From positions 55,033-119,032 of the forward strand of contig JBIOXB010000230.1 of the NCBI GenBank assembly GCA_044869275.1: a stretch of 64,000 bases of DNA. The letters run 5' to 3'. Below, one piece after another: positions 1-9,419 of the stretch. This DNA is from a bacterium (lineage in GTDB: Bacteria; Zhuqueibacterota; Zhuqueibacteria; Zhuqueibacterales; Zhuqueibacteraceae). The position numbers and the translations under genes were made by a program. A model generated the notes under the pieces. That model did no database searches. It was given only the letters and a program-made list of their open reading frames with translations, and was not told the origin of the DNA. Within the stretch, counting starts at the first letter, position 1; every line of letters starts with the position of its first letter.

Positions 1-1650
1 GAAAATGGCGTCGCGCGTCAATTCCTTGGCATACACGGCAACGCTGCCCACGTTCTCCCGGCCCGGGCGCGAAGTATGATCGTCGCTCGAGGCGATGACG
101 CCCAGCTCTTCGCCCAAAGCCCAGGCATCCTGGGCGAAGTGCGGGCCATTGATCAGATCGCGCCGTTCCTCCGGATGCAGCGACTTGTAAGACAACGGGT
201 GGGCGGGCTCATAAGATTCGCTGAGACCGTGCTGCGAAAACAATTCGATCAAAGGCCGCAATTGCGGATGCGAAAAACCCGGACCAAAACTGACGGCGGC
301 ATGCTGGAGTTCGCCGCCGGATCCCGGGCCCCAAATCACGCCGGTATGATGAGGAATCGTAAGCATGCCAACGCCGGGCGGCAGAACGCGCGCTTGATCG
401 GCCCATACTTTTTGAATTTGCCCATAGTCCTCTTCACGCAGCAAAGGCAATTGCGACACTAATTCATCGCGGGTGTTGAAATAAATATTGTGGTGGCCGG
501 AAGGCGGCGCGGCGCCGAATTCCAGCGCGGGAATAGTGACGAACTGCCCGGGTTGGTGATAGCGCACGACCTCGCGCTTGACGTGCTCCCACTCCGCCGC
601 GGTGAGGCCGGAATTGTTCTTGGCGCCGTACGAGGCATGCTCGGTCAGCGCGTAAAAATCCAGGCCCGCGGCATCGCGTGCGGCGGCGAACGGCTCTTTG
701 CCGTAGCCATCGAAGCTGAAGCTGGAATGGCTGTGCAAGTCTCCCCAATAGATCTCGTACTGCGGTTTGTCCGCCGTCACTTCCACCGGATTGGAAATCA
801 TTTCAGACCAGGAGGCGCCCAGCACCGCCAGGCGAACTTCATGAATGCCGGGAGAGCGAAACCGAATGGGTACGATTTTATGCCCGCGATCTTCCGGACC
901 AAAAACCACCAGCGGTGGAGCTGCAACGAGAGAATCCGTGCTGCTGACTTTCACCTCGCCGGTAAAGGAGGCTGCGATATTCCCTTGCGCATCGAGGCAA
1001 GCGATCTTCAAATTGGCCGGCGCACCGGTTTGCAGGCGGCTGGGCAGATAAGCCGCCAGCCATCGCGGTTTGCCCGGAAGTATGGTGAGCAGTGGCGCAG
1101 GGAAAATTTCCTGGTAATTTCCCTGGCCTTGAAGATCACAGGCGACGAGCACCGTATCCGTGAAAGCCGTGGCGAGCCCCGGCATTAGCCCGCCCACAGG
1201 ATTCGCGCCGTAAGTAATATGAATCGTGTCGCCGCGCACCAGCGCCTGCCGGCTAACCATCGCGGTCAAAACCCAGGCATTGCGATCGACCGGCCAGGCG
1301 ATCGCCGGGTCGTCTTCCAGAATCTGGGTGATCGCTATAGCGGCAGCAGGGTTGGAAACTTGCGCGGTCACATATCCGGCAAAAAAGGGATTCGAAGTTT
1401 GAGGCTGAGCAAATCCTTTCACAAAGCGAACTTTGATGCCGCCGCCGGCTGCCATGCCGTCTTCATCAATAATGAAGGACACGCGATAAGCGCCGGGCAA
1501 TAGGGTAGTGGTCGTGGACGGCGACAAGAGGGTGTGGACGCGTGGAAAATCCGCCCGCAGCCTCAGAGCTAAAGCGGCCATAACGCTCATGAAAAGCAAG
1601 AAGGCGCTCATGCGGAATGTGGCTATTCTCGACGACATCGTTCTTTGCAT
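1..1650 (-). CDS. Secreted PHP-fold metallohydrolase (DUF3604 / CehA-McbA-like), truncated by the window edge; paralog of 1658-4033
   Basis: Absent from the ORF track because its stop is outside the window. Manual minus-strand translation from ATG 1650 gives MQRTMSSRIATFRMSAFLLFMSVMAALAL..., WGDLHSHSSFSFDG, LTEH, GHHNIYFN, IPHHTG, ELFSQHGLSE, SSDDHTSRPG, VYAKELTRDAIF, collinear with the neighbouring paralog. Confidence 0.8.
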   Translation of the reverse strand, partial: MQRTMSSRIATFRMSAFLLFMSVMAALALRLRADFPRVHTLLSPSTTTTLLPGAYRVSFIIDEDGMAAGGGIKVRFVKGFAQPQTSNPFFAGYVTAQVSNPAAAIAITQILEDDPAIAWPVDRNAWVLTAMVSRQALVRGDTIHITYGANPVGGLMPGLATAFTDTVLVACDLQGQGNYQEIFPAPLLTILPGKPRWLAAYLPSRLQTGAPANLKIACLDAQGNIAASFTGEVKVSSTDSLVAAPPLVVFGPEDRGHKIVPIRFRSPGIHEVRLAVLGASWSEMISNPVEVTADKPQYEIYWGDLHSHSSFSFDGYGKEPFAAARDAAGLDFYALTEHASYGAKNNSGLTAAEWEHVKREVVRYHQPGQFVTIPALEFGAAPPSGHHNIYFNTRDELVSQLPLLREEDYGQIQKVWADQARVLPPGVGMLTIPHHTGVIWGPGSGGELQHAAVSFGPGFSHPQLRPLIELFSQHGLSESYEPAHPLSYKSLHPEERRDLINGPHFAQDAWALGEELGVIASSDDHTSRPGRENVGSVAVYAKELTRDAIF

Positions 1651-1657
1651 ACTTGAG

Positions 1658-4033
1658 CTACTTCACCATCACAATTTTCTGCGTGGCAATCTGGCCCGCC
1701 GCTTCCACGCGCACGAAATAAAGGCCGGGCGATAAATTGCGGCCCGTAATCCGGAAATCATGCCAGCCTTCGCTGCTTACGCCATCGCTCAGCACTGCCA
1801 CAAGCTGCCCGAGCGTGTTATATAAGGAGGCGCGGACACGGCCGGCCTGCGGCAAATAATAGCGCATCGTCGTCGCGGCTCTGAATGGATTCGGGTAATT
1901 CGGCGGCAATTCCAGGCGGCGCGGCACGGTTCCGGTCAGGCTGGTATCCAGCGTGGGCGTTTCCTCGATCCAAATCGGGCTCGACCAGGCCCAGACTTCA
2001 CGGCTGATAAATTGGCGCGGATAACTCACGTCTTTTATCTGCTTCACCCGAACATAGTAAATCGAGGCGCCGGAATAGGAGCTGTCCACCACTTGAAACG
2101 CCGCCTGCTTGCCGTTGCCCTGTTCACGATACAAAGTGACGAATGTGGGATGGCCATTGGCATACTCGCCTTCGCGCAAATCCCGGCGCAACACTTCGAC
2201 AAAATCCAGATCGTCGGTGCCATGCACGGCGACATTGATTTTGGGATAATACGGCGGCTTTTGCACGATCACGGAGCCCATCATATGGCCGTCGATATCG
2301 AAGCGCAGCAAGATGCGCTGGCCGGTGGTGGCATACGTGCGGCGCTGTTTGAGCGCTTCGAAGACCGCCTCACGCGTCAATTCTTTGGCATACACTGCAG
2401 CCAGTCCATAGTAAGGCAAACCCGGGCGCGAGCTGTGATCGTCACTGGCCGCAATGACGCCCAATTTCTCGCCGGCGGCCCAGGCGTCCTGCGCGTAATG
2501 CGGGCCATTGGCCAGGCCTTTGACGCCCGCGGCGTTCAGCGATTTATATGACAGCCGGTGTTGCGGGCTGTAATATTCGCTCAGACCGTGGCTGGAATAG
2601 ATTTCGATTTGCGGGCGCAAGCGGGGGTGCGAATAACCCGGGCCAAAACTGACCACTGCAGAACTTACATCCACAAACTCATTCCAGATGATGCCGGTGT
2701 GATGCGGCACCGTGATCATGTCCACACCCGGTGGCAATAACTCGTTCTTCACTTGCCAGACTTTTTGAATCTGCAAATAGTCTTCGTTGCGGAACAACGG
2801 CAGCTGCGGGATGATCTGATCGTGCGCGTTGAAATAAATGTTATGATGCCCGGACGGCGCTCTCGCGCTGAACTCATAGGCCGGAATCGTGACAAATTTT
2901 CCCGGCGCATTGAAGCGAATGACGTCGCGCTTGACCGCCTCCCATTCCACCGGCGTGAGCCCGGCATTGCGCTGGGCGAAGAAGGAAGCGTGCTCGGTCA
3001 AAGCATAAAAATCGAGGGCGGCGACATCGCGCGCCTTGGCAAACGGCTCGCTGCCATAGCCGTCATAGCTGAAGCGCGAGTGGCTGTGCAAATCGCCCCA
3101 AAAAACGCGATACGGCTGGGAATCGGCCACCACTTCAACCGGATTGGCGTACACCTGCCAAAGCGAATCTGGATCGTGATCGAGCACGCGCAGTTGCACT
3201 TCATGCACACCCGGCGTGTTAAACGCCCCTTCGATCACTTTGCGGCTGCTGTCTTCGGGCGCAAATTCGACTTGCGCCGGAAACGTGGCGGAAATATCCG
3301 TCGCAGAAATCTCGACCGTACCCGTGAAAGGCAGCGCGAGATTGTTGTATTCATCCAGCACGACCAGCCGCAGGGGGGCCTGTTGTCCTGGCGCCAAAGT
3401 GCTCGGCAAAAAAGCGGCGAGACGATACGGCGCGCGCGCCAGGATGGTGATGATCGGGCTCGGGCTCAACAGTTGATAGCTGCCACTGCCCTTCAGATCG
3501 TACGCGACCAGTACCGAGTCGCTGTAATTGGAATTGGGCGGAGTGACACGCCCGTTGACGTGCGCGCCAAACACGACGTGAATGGTGTCGCCGCGCGCCA
3601 AGGCGGAATCCCCTAACAGTACCGTGAGCACCCAGGCGTTGTAGTCCGGCGGCCACGGCACTTGCGCCTCTTCGCGTTCGACGCCGGCAACGCGCATGGG
3701 CGCCTGCACCTTGGAAGTTTGCACCACAACGTAATTCGGCAAATCCGGGCTGTCTGCTTGCGGCCGTTCAAAGCCCTTGGGCAGGCGAATTTTCAAACCT
3801 CCGCCACGGGCCATGCCCTCATGCTGCAACACGAATGACACCCGTACGCTTCCCGGCACGCGCACGGTCACGGTGCTGGGCGTCACAAACGTTTGCAGTC
3901 CGGCCGTGCTTTGCGCCTGGTGTAACGACAGTCCCAACAAGGTTCCGATAAAGAGCAATCCCCCTAGCGCATGAAACAGCGTGAGCGGTTTTGGCTGCAG
4001 CTCAAATAGATGTTTGTCGAATATCCCCTTCAT
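1658..4033 (-). CDS. Secreted PHP-fold metallohydrolase (DUF3604 / CehA-McbA-like) with C-terminal T9SS-type/FlgD-like sorting domain
   Basis: N-terminal hydrophobic stretch; metal-ligand motifs WGDLHSHS, LTEH, AYEFS, GHHN, PHH, EIYSSHG, ASDDHS; C-terminal PNYPNPF...YNTLGQLV...GLYFVRV...TQKIVMVK. Confidence 0.8.
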   Translation of the reverse strand: MKGIFDKHLFELQPKPLTLFHALGGLLFIGTLLGLSLHQAQSTAGLQTFVTPSTVTVRVPGSVRVSFVLQHEGMARGGGLKIRLPKGFERPQADSPDLPNYVVVQTSKVQAPMRVAGVEREEAQVPWPPDYNAWVLTVLLGDSALARGDTIHVVFGAHVNGRVTPPNSNYSDSVLVAYDLKGSGSYQLLSPSPIITILARAPYRLAAFLPSTLAPGQQAPLRLVVLDEYNNLALPFTGTVEISATDISATFPAQVEFAPEDSSRKVIEGAFNTPGVHEVQLRVLDHDPDSLWQVYANPVEVVADSQPYRVFWGDLHSHSRFSYDGYGSEPFAKARDVAALDFYALTEHASFFAQRNAGLTPVEWEAVKRDVIRFNAPGKFVTIPAYEFSARAPSGHHNIYFNAHDQIIPQLPLFRNEDYLQIQKVWQVKNELLPPGVDMITVPHHTGIIWNEFVDVSSAVVSFGPGYSHPRLRPQIEIYSSHGLSEYYSPQHRLSYKSLNAAGVKGLANGPHYAQDAWAAGEKLGVIAASDDHSSRPGLPYYGLAAVYAKELTREAVFEALKQRRTYATTGQRILLRFDIDGHMMGSVIVQKPPYYPKINVAVHGTDDLDFVEVLRRDLREGEYANGHPTFVTLYREQGNGKQAAFQVVDSSYSGASIYYVRVKQIKDVSYPRQFISREVWAWSSPIWIEETPTLDTSLTGTVPRRLELPPNYPNPFRAATTMRYYLPQAGRVRASLYNTLGQLVAVLSDGVSSEGWHDFRITGRNLSPGLYFVRVEAAGQIATQKIVMVK

Positions 4034-4048
4034 AACGACGACCTCGTG

Positions 4049-5578
4049 TTAAAGATACCCCAGACTCCGCAAGTGATCTTTCAATTCCTCGGTGACGACA
4101 CCGGCGTCTTGTTCATATCGCCAGGAGGCGTCTTCCCAAGTATCAATAAATTGCACCTCCCGCCCCGCCCAATATTCTTCCTCAAAAATCTCATGCAGTA
4201 CGCGGCCCTCCATGTCTTTGCCCACGGGCAAACCAAGCAATGCCAAAAGGGTGGGCGTGATGTCCAGCACACTGGCGTGGTCAAAGCGATGGCCGCGGCG
4301 AATCCCCGGACCGGCGGCAATCAAAACGCCGTCGGGGTGATGATCGCCGGAAATGCCCGTGGTGTCGCCTTCGATGATTTTATTCGCGGCGATAATACGC
4401 TGGTTCGGCAAGCGCACCGCGAGATCGTCGATTTGCTCGATGTCGTCGCGCAGGCGAATTTCCAGGTTGCCGGAGGGGTCGCGGTTCACTTCAAACATGG
4501 GCGTCTCCGAACCGGCCAGGTGAATGCCGCGCAAGTCGCTTTCCATTTGCCGCAGGCGCTCTGCGTTCTCTTCGCGATCACGAAAATAGGTCGCGCCGCG
4601 GATGTTGAACGTGCGCGCTTTCGCGCCGTCCCAGCCCAGAAGCTCCATGACTACCTCGGGCAGGACGCGCACAGTGCGGTCGGGTTTGCGGCCTTGCGCT
4701 TCGGGTACGGATTGGAAACCATGATCGGAGAGCACGATCACGACCGTGCGATCATCCACGGCGTGGCGAAGAATATAACCCAGGGCGGCATCCGCGCTTT
4801 CATAGGCGGCGTGCACCGTGTGCCGAAATTTGGCAATCTCCTGCGGCCGGACGTTGGTGAAACGCTCCGGCTCCATGAATTTCCAATAATTGTGTGAAGT
4901 GGCATCGATCAACATGTTGACGTACATCGCCAGATGCGGGCGAAAACGCCGCACTTGTTGTGCGAAGACCTCCGTGTAAAACTGTGCGCCAACTCTCCGG
5001 GCGGCAAAAAATTTGGATAAAAAATTCTCGCTGGCTTTAAGCCGCGCCAGCAGCACGGCAGCCTGCGCCAGGGAGCTGAGTCGAACACCGAGGCGATGGC
5101 ACTGCCACGCCAATTGCGACAACCGGCGCCAGGATTTTCTATGCTCGGAGCGCTGCATCACATCCAACTCACGAATAGCTTGCAACGCGGCGGGATGAGT
5201 TTCCACGCCGCGCGAAAAGGAGCCGGGAATCACAAAGCCGTTCACCGCCGGCGGCGGCCAGGTCACCATGTAGCCGCATAAGCCCACGCGCAAGCCGCGC
5301 TCCGCGGCCATATCCCAAATGCGCTTGCAGCGCACGCTGTTCGAGGCCACGACGAAATCCCACACGCCGTGCTTCTCCGGGGATTTCCCCGAAGCGATAC
5401 TGGTCCAAATCGTCGGCGAAACCATGGGCTCGAGCGATTTCAGCACGCCGGCGCTGCCTTCGCGCACGAGCTTCTGCAAATGGGGCAGTTTGCCCGCCCG
5501 CATCATGGGATCGAGAATGCGCCAGGTCGCGCCATCGAGGCCGACGACCATGATCTTCAACGCCGTGGGATCATTCAT
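4049..5578 (-). CDS. Alkaline phosphatase superfamily protein (COG3379-like phosphodiesterase/nucleotide pyrophosphatase)
   Basis: VVGLDGATW, PMVSPTIWTSIASG, LSDHGF, SGDHHPDG, LDITPTLL; ends LRSLGYL. Start placed at ATG 5578, overlapping the upstream stop. Confidence 0.85.
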   Translation of the reverse strand: MNDPTALKIMVVGLDGATWRILDPMMRAGKLPHLQKLVREGSAGVLKSLEPMVSPTIWTSIASGKSPEKHGVWDFVVASNSVRCKRIWDMAAERGLRVGLCGYMVTWPPPAVNGFVIPGSFSRGVETHPAALQAIRELDVMQRSEHRKSWRRLSQLAWQCHRLGVRLSSLAQAAVLLARLKASENFLSKFFAARRVGAQFYTEVFAQQVRRFRPHLAMYVNMLIDATSHNYWKFMEPERFTNVRPQEIAKFRHTVHAAYESADAALGYILRHAVDDRTVVIVLSDHGFQSVPEAQGRKPDRTVRVLPEVVMELLGWDGAKARTFNIRGATYFRDREENAERLRQMESDLRGIHLAGSETPMFEVNRDPSGNLEIRLRDDIEQIDDLAVRLPNQRIIAANKIIEGDTTGISGDHHPDGVLIAAGPGIRRGHRFDHASVLDITPTLLALLGLPVGKDMEGRVLHEIFEEEYWAGREVQFIDTWEDASWRYEQDAGVVTEELKDHLRSLGYL

Positions 5579-6812
5579 GTCGGAATTTTTCCTTGGCTCC
5601 ATGCAGGAGCGAATCGTAGATTTCATTGATGGCAATCGCGTCGTCCCGAAACTTGCGATAAACCGCCTGGCGCGCTGCGACGCCCATGCGCCGGCGTTCG
5701 GGCGCATCCTGCAATAACTCGCCCAGGCGCCGCGCGATACTCGCGGAATCACGCGGATCCACCAAAATGCCCGTAACCCCGTCGTCAATTTGCTCCACCA
5801 CTCCGCCGCGACCGCTTGCGACCACGGTTTTTTCCATGGCCATGCCTTGCAACACCACGCCGGGAAACGGATCGTCAAAAACTGCCAACTGCAACATCAC
5901 TTCGAAGATCGCAATTAAGGCCGGTACATCAGAACGAAACCCGGTCATGATCAGGCGCGGAGACAAACCCAGCTCGCCAGCCAATTTTTTGATGAATCGT
6001 GCATAGGGCTCATGGCCCGGCACCAGCCCGCCGACGATCATAAACTTGCACTGCGGCTGCGTTTCCAATAGCCGGGCACAGGCGCGCAAAAAGAACTCAT
6101 GGCCTTTCAAGCGCACGAGCTTGCCCACCATGCCGACCACACATTCGTTTTCTTGAATGCCCAAGGAAGCGCGCAGCGCCCCCCGCGCCGCCGGTGGATA
6201 TTTTTCCGGGTCAAAAATCTCCGGATCCGGCGGACTGTCATAAACCACGGCGACTTTTTGCTGGGCGGGACCCAACATTTTGCGCGCGGTGGCTTGCGAC
6301 ACCGCCAAAATGCGCGCCGCCAGTGTACGCATCAGCCAAAGAAAAGGGCTGACGGCAAGCCGCGGCCGCACCGTGCGCAGATGCCAGACGACTTTGCATC
6401 CCGCCAGCCAGCCGGCAATCGCGCCGTGAAAATCGAGCAAATCATTGGCGTGCACGAGGTCCACCGGATGCCGGCGCAACCACCGATACAGCGCGGCGAT
6501 GCCGTGTGCGCTGTCATACAGGTACTTCGCGTAATAATAAGGATTGCGCCGTTTCGACAGCTTGTAAGCGCTGGCAGCAAAATGAACGCCGGCCAAAGCC
6601 GCGCGTGCGGTGGAAAATTTTTCCATCTCGCCGCGATCGCGCGCCGGCAGTGCGAGAAAAATCTGTTTGCCGTTCAAACGCGCCAGGGCCTGCGCGGTGC
6701 GCACCATGCAATGTGTCGCGCCGCTCTGGCCGGAAAAGCTGGAAGTGTAAAACAGAATACGGGGCTGTTTCTGCACGCCGGCCTCAGATGTCTGTGGCTC
6801 TGCCATATCCAT
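5571..6812 (-). CDS. GT4 (GT-B) glycosyltransferase
   Basis: VGMVGKLVRLKGHEFF, GFRSDVPAL, DPFPGVVLQGMAMEKTVVAS..GGVVEQIDDGVTG; start uncertain (6806/6812/6833). Confidence 0.88.
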   Translation of the reverse strand: MDMAEPQTSEAGVQKQPRILFYTSSFSGQSGATHCMVRTAQALARLNGKQIFLALPARDRGEMEKFSTARAALAGVHFAASAYKLSKRRNPYYYAKYLYDSAHGIAALYRWLRRHPVDLVHANDLLDFHGAIAGWLAGCKVVWHLRTVRPRLAVSPFLWLMRTLAARILAVSQATARKMLGPAQQKVAVVYDSPPDPEIFDPEKYPPAARGALRASLGIQENECVVGMVGKLVRLKGHEFFLRACARLLETQPQCKFMIVGGLVPGHEPYARFIKKLAGELGLSPRLIMTGFRSDVPALIAIFEVMLQLAVFDDPFPGVVLQGMAMEKTVVASGRGGVVEQIDDGVTGILVDPRDSASIARRLGELLQDAPERRRMGVAARQAVYRKFRDDAIAINEIYDSLLHGAKEKFRHE

Positions 6813-6860
6813 TGCACATTCGTTCCTGGTCAAAAGCCCTCCGAGGCATAGTGTGAAAAA

Positions 6861-6931
6861 AACTCAAAGCCCTAAGCTCAAAATTCAAAGCAACATTCGG
6901 ATTTTGTGCTTTGAATTTTGAGTTTTGAATT
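6861..6931. repeat. Heptamer-based inverted repeat
   Basis: CTCAAAATTCAAAGCA (6877-6892) pairs perfectly with TGCTTTGAATTTTGAG (6907-6922); arms built from ~7-bp units. Confidence 0.8.
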
Positions 6932-6960
6932 CTGGGCTTCCGGCTCGCACGGGTGCCCTT

Positions 6961-7917
6961 TCACCCCAGATCATACTGTAATTGCTCCGCCAGTCCGGCC
7001 ACCATATTTTCGATGTGCTTCATTTGCGTCGCGCTGAATTGTTTTTTGAATTTGAAATTGCGGTTCTCGAGCTTGAAGCTATCGAGGAAACGATTAAAAC
7101 TGTTCGTCCACGGCAACCCGCAAAATTCCAACATGCGTGCCAAAACCCGGTCCGGTGTCTGCATGAATTCTTCGTAACGCACTTCCAAATATCGCTGCTC
7201 GCCCAGCATGGCTCCTGCTGCCAAAGCTTGCTGCACTTCCGCGCGCCATAGCTCCGCCGCCAGGAGCACGGGATCGCCGCCTTGCGCTGCCCATTGCTTG
7301 GGCGTGAGATTCCCCGCACACCACACGCGCAAATCCGGCCACCACGGCACATGCAAGAACGACGCGATCGCCGCACGCGGATCTCGAATGACGTGAATGA
7401 ACAAAGCGTCGCCGAACAATTCATTCAAATAACGCAGGCGCCGGGTATTGCGCGTGTTTTTGTTGAGAAAGCGCGTCTTGCGCTGATAAAACATAGCGCG
7501 TTGCACGGCGAGGCGCGCGCGCGCGCGCTCCGCCGGTGTAACATCGCTTTCCTGCAGAGGCGGATCGCAGGGGCTGTCGTGCACGGGCCGGATCCAATCC
7601 CACACGGCATATGCTTCCGAGGGCATGGGCAGGCCTTTGCCACGCCAGGATTTCAAGGCGGTGTAGCGGTAGAAACGCGAGAGCGCGGCCAGAGGGAAAG
7701 ATGCCGGCCATCTTTGATTGTAATTCGAAAACCACGACAACTCCGGATGGCCGCACAGCATGTGATAAAGAATGGTCGTGCCGGAACGGCCGCTGCCCAC
7801 GATAAAGATCGGACGCCGCAGATTTGCAGCGCCGCGTTGTTGTACTCCGGGGGTAGATACCGGAGGCGCATCGCTGAGGTGCGGAGTCGAAGACTCCATT
7901 TCAAATGACCATGCCAT
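6961..7917 (-). CDS. PAPS-dependent sulfotransferase
   Basis: 5'-PSB loop FIVGSGRSGTTIL, 3'-PB IHVIRDPRA, VRYEEF; start uncertain (ORF open to 7953). Confidence 0.88.
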   Translation of the reverse strand: MAWSFEMESSTPHLSDAPPVSTPGVQQRGAANLRRPIFIVGSGRSGTTILYHMLCGHPELSWFSNYNQRWPASFPLAALSRFYRYTALKSWRGKGLPMPSEAYAVWDWIRPVHDSPCDPPLQESDVTPAERARARLAVQRAMFYQRKTRFLNKNTRNTRRLRYLNELFGDALFIHVIRDPRAAIASFLHVPWWPDLRVWCAGNLTPKQWAAQGGDPVLLAAELWRAEVQQALAAGAMLGEQRYLEVRYEEFMQTPDRVLARMLEFCGLPWTNSFNRFLDSFKLENRNFKFKKQFSATQMKHIENMVAGLAEQLQYDLG

Positions 7918-7988
7918 ATTGTCTCTCAAGCCAGCATTTCTGCTCGTCCACAAGTTGCACTCGTGGAGGCACAGTTGAATTGTGTGTC

Positions 7989-9419
7989 TTATTCCCGCGT
8001 CGAGCTCGCCGTCTGGGAGTAGCGCACTGGAACGAGATCAGGCCGTTGCCCTGAGCGGAGCGGGGCGGCGAGCGGGGAAATCTCATCACGCGCCGGCGCC
8101 GTGGCCTTTGCGGGCTGCAAACGGCGCATCATCGTGCGGCTCAGTCCCAGGGCCGCGCCGATCAACGTCATAATCAACGGAAACTCGGATTCGTGAAACA
8201 TGCCGACGTACCAGAACATCGCAAAATACAAGCTCGTGAAGCAGGCCAGGAAGGCAATGGCGAAATTGCCGCTCACGCGGAACTTTTCCGCACCTCCCGC
8301 GCGCAAGACGCGCACAATCTGCCGCAACGGCCACCACAGCAGCAGCACGAACAAAAATGCGCCAAACAAGCCATTTTCCGTGGCTACGATCAAATAGATG
8401 TTGTGCACGGTGGCCTGAAAGCGGTCCGGAATGAACGTATTGCTCGCGTGAATGATTTCATTCGAATTACCCATCCCCACGCCCAGGTACGGATGCTTCT
8501 GCAACACGACAAAAGCGGCGTCCGTCAAATCGGAGCGCAGGTTTGAGCTGTGATCGTCAAAAATACGTATGGTGCGCGCCCAGGCGGCTCTGCCAATAAG
8601 CTCGCTTCTCTCTTCGAAGAAGGTGAAGGCCAGGGCAACCAGCACCACCGGCGCGAGCAGGTAAGCCGCCCATTTGCGTTTGCGCATGGAGGTCGTGCGG
8701 TAGCGCGACTCGGCAAACAGCAAGGTGACGAACCCGATCGCAAAGGCCATCCAGCTCGCGCGCGACAACGTCAGAATCAATGCGAGCAGACAGAAAAGCC
8801 ACCAGAGCGCGTAGGAATTGCGCAGTTTTTGCCGGTGATTGGTCCAATTCGCCTGCACAAAGGGCATCAACATGATCAGCCAGTTGGCGAGAAAATTGGT
8901 GTGCACGAACGTTCCTTGCGCCCGCGTGACCACCTCGCCCTCGAAATTCCAGTTGGATTGATGCGTTTTCAAGACTCCGAAATATTGCTGCACCACGCCC
9001 ACGCTGGATTGCGTGATGGTCTGTATCACCGCCAGCACCGGCTCCAGCACCAAACAGAATCCGATGGCCGTAAAGAACAACCGCTCAGAAATCCACACGC
9101 CGACATGATGGCGCATGTAAAAAATGATGAGATACGCGCGCACCCAATACAGAAGCCACTCCAGGCTGGCGGCGAAGTTCTTGCCGTGAAAAGCACAAAT
9201 GCTGATCCAAATGAAGAACAGCAAAAACAGCAGATCAAAAAACTCGAAGCGCACGCGCATGCGGCGCATACAAACGCGGGTGAAAAACGTTACATACATT
9301 GCTGCCAGCGGAAAATCGAACAAATAGATCTTGGCTTCGCCCACGACTTCCGTCGAAAGCGGCGCCATGAGCGTGGCGAAAAAAAGCAGCAAAAGCGTCG
9401 TATCAAACTTCTTTTCCAT
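7989..9419 (-). CDS. O-antigen ligase / Wzy polymerase family membrane protein
   Basis: Many TM segments; RAQGTFVHTNFLA, LTLSRASW, YLGVGMGN, VHNIYL..ATENGLFG; start at ATG 9419 (MEKKFDT). Confidence 0.85.
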   Translation of the reverse strand: MEKKFDTTLLLLFFATLMAPLSTEVVGEAKIYLFDFPLAAMYVTFFTRVCMRRMRVRFEFFDLLFLLFFIWISICAFHGKNFAASLEWLLYWVRAYLIIFYMRHHVGVWISERLFFTAIGFCLVLEPVLAVIQTITQSSVGVVQQYFGVLKTHQSNWNFEGEVVTRAQGTFVHTNFLANWLIMLMPFVQANWTNHRQKLRNSYALWWLFCLLALILTLSRASWMAFAIGFVTLLFAESRYRTTSMRKRKWAAYLLAPVVLVALAFTFFEERSELIGRAAWARTIRIFDDHSSNLRSDLTDAAFVVLQKHPYLGVGMGNSNEIIHASNTFIPDRFQATVHNIYLIVATENGLFGAFLFVLLLWWPLRQIVRVLRAGGAEKFRVSGNFAIAFLACFTSLYFAMFWYVGMFHESEFPLIMTLIGAALGLSRTMMRRLQPAKATAPARDEISPLAAPLRSGQRPDLVPVRYSQTASSTRE

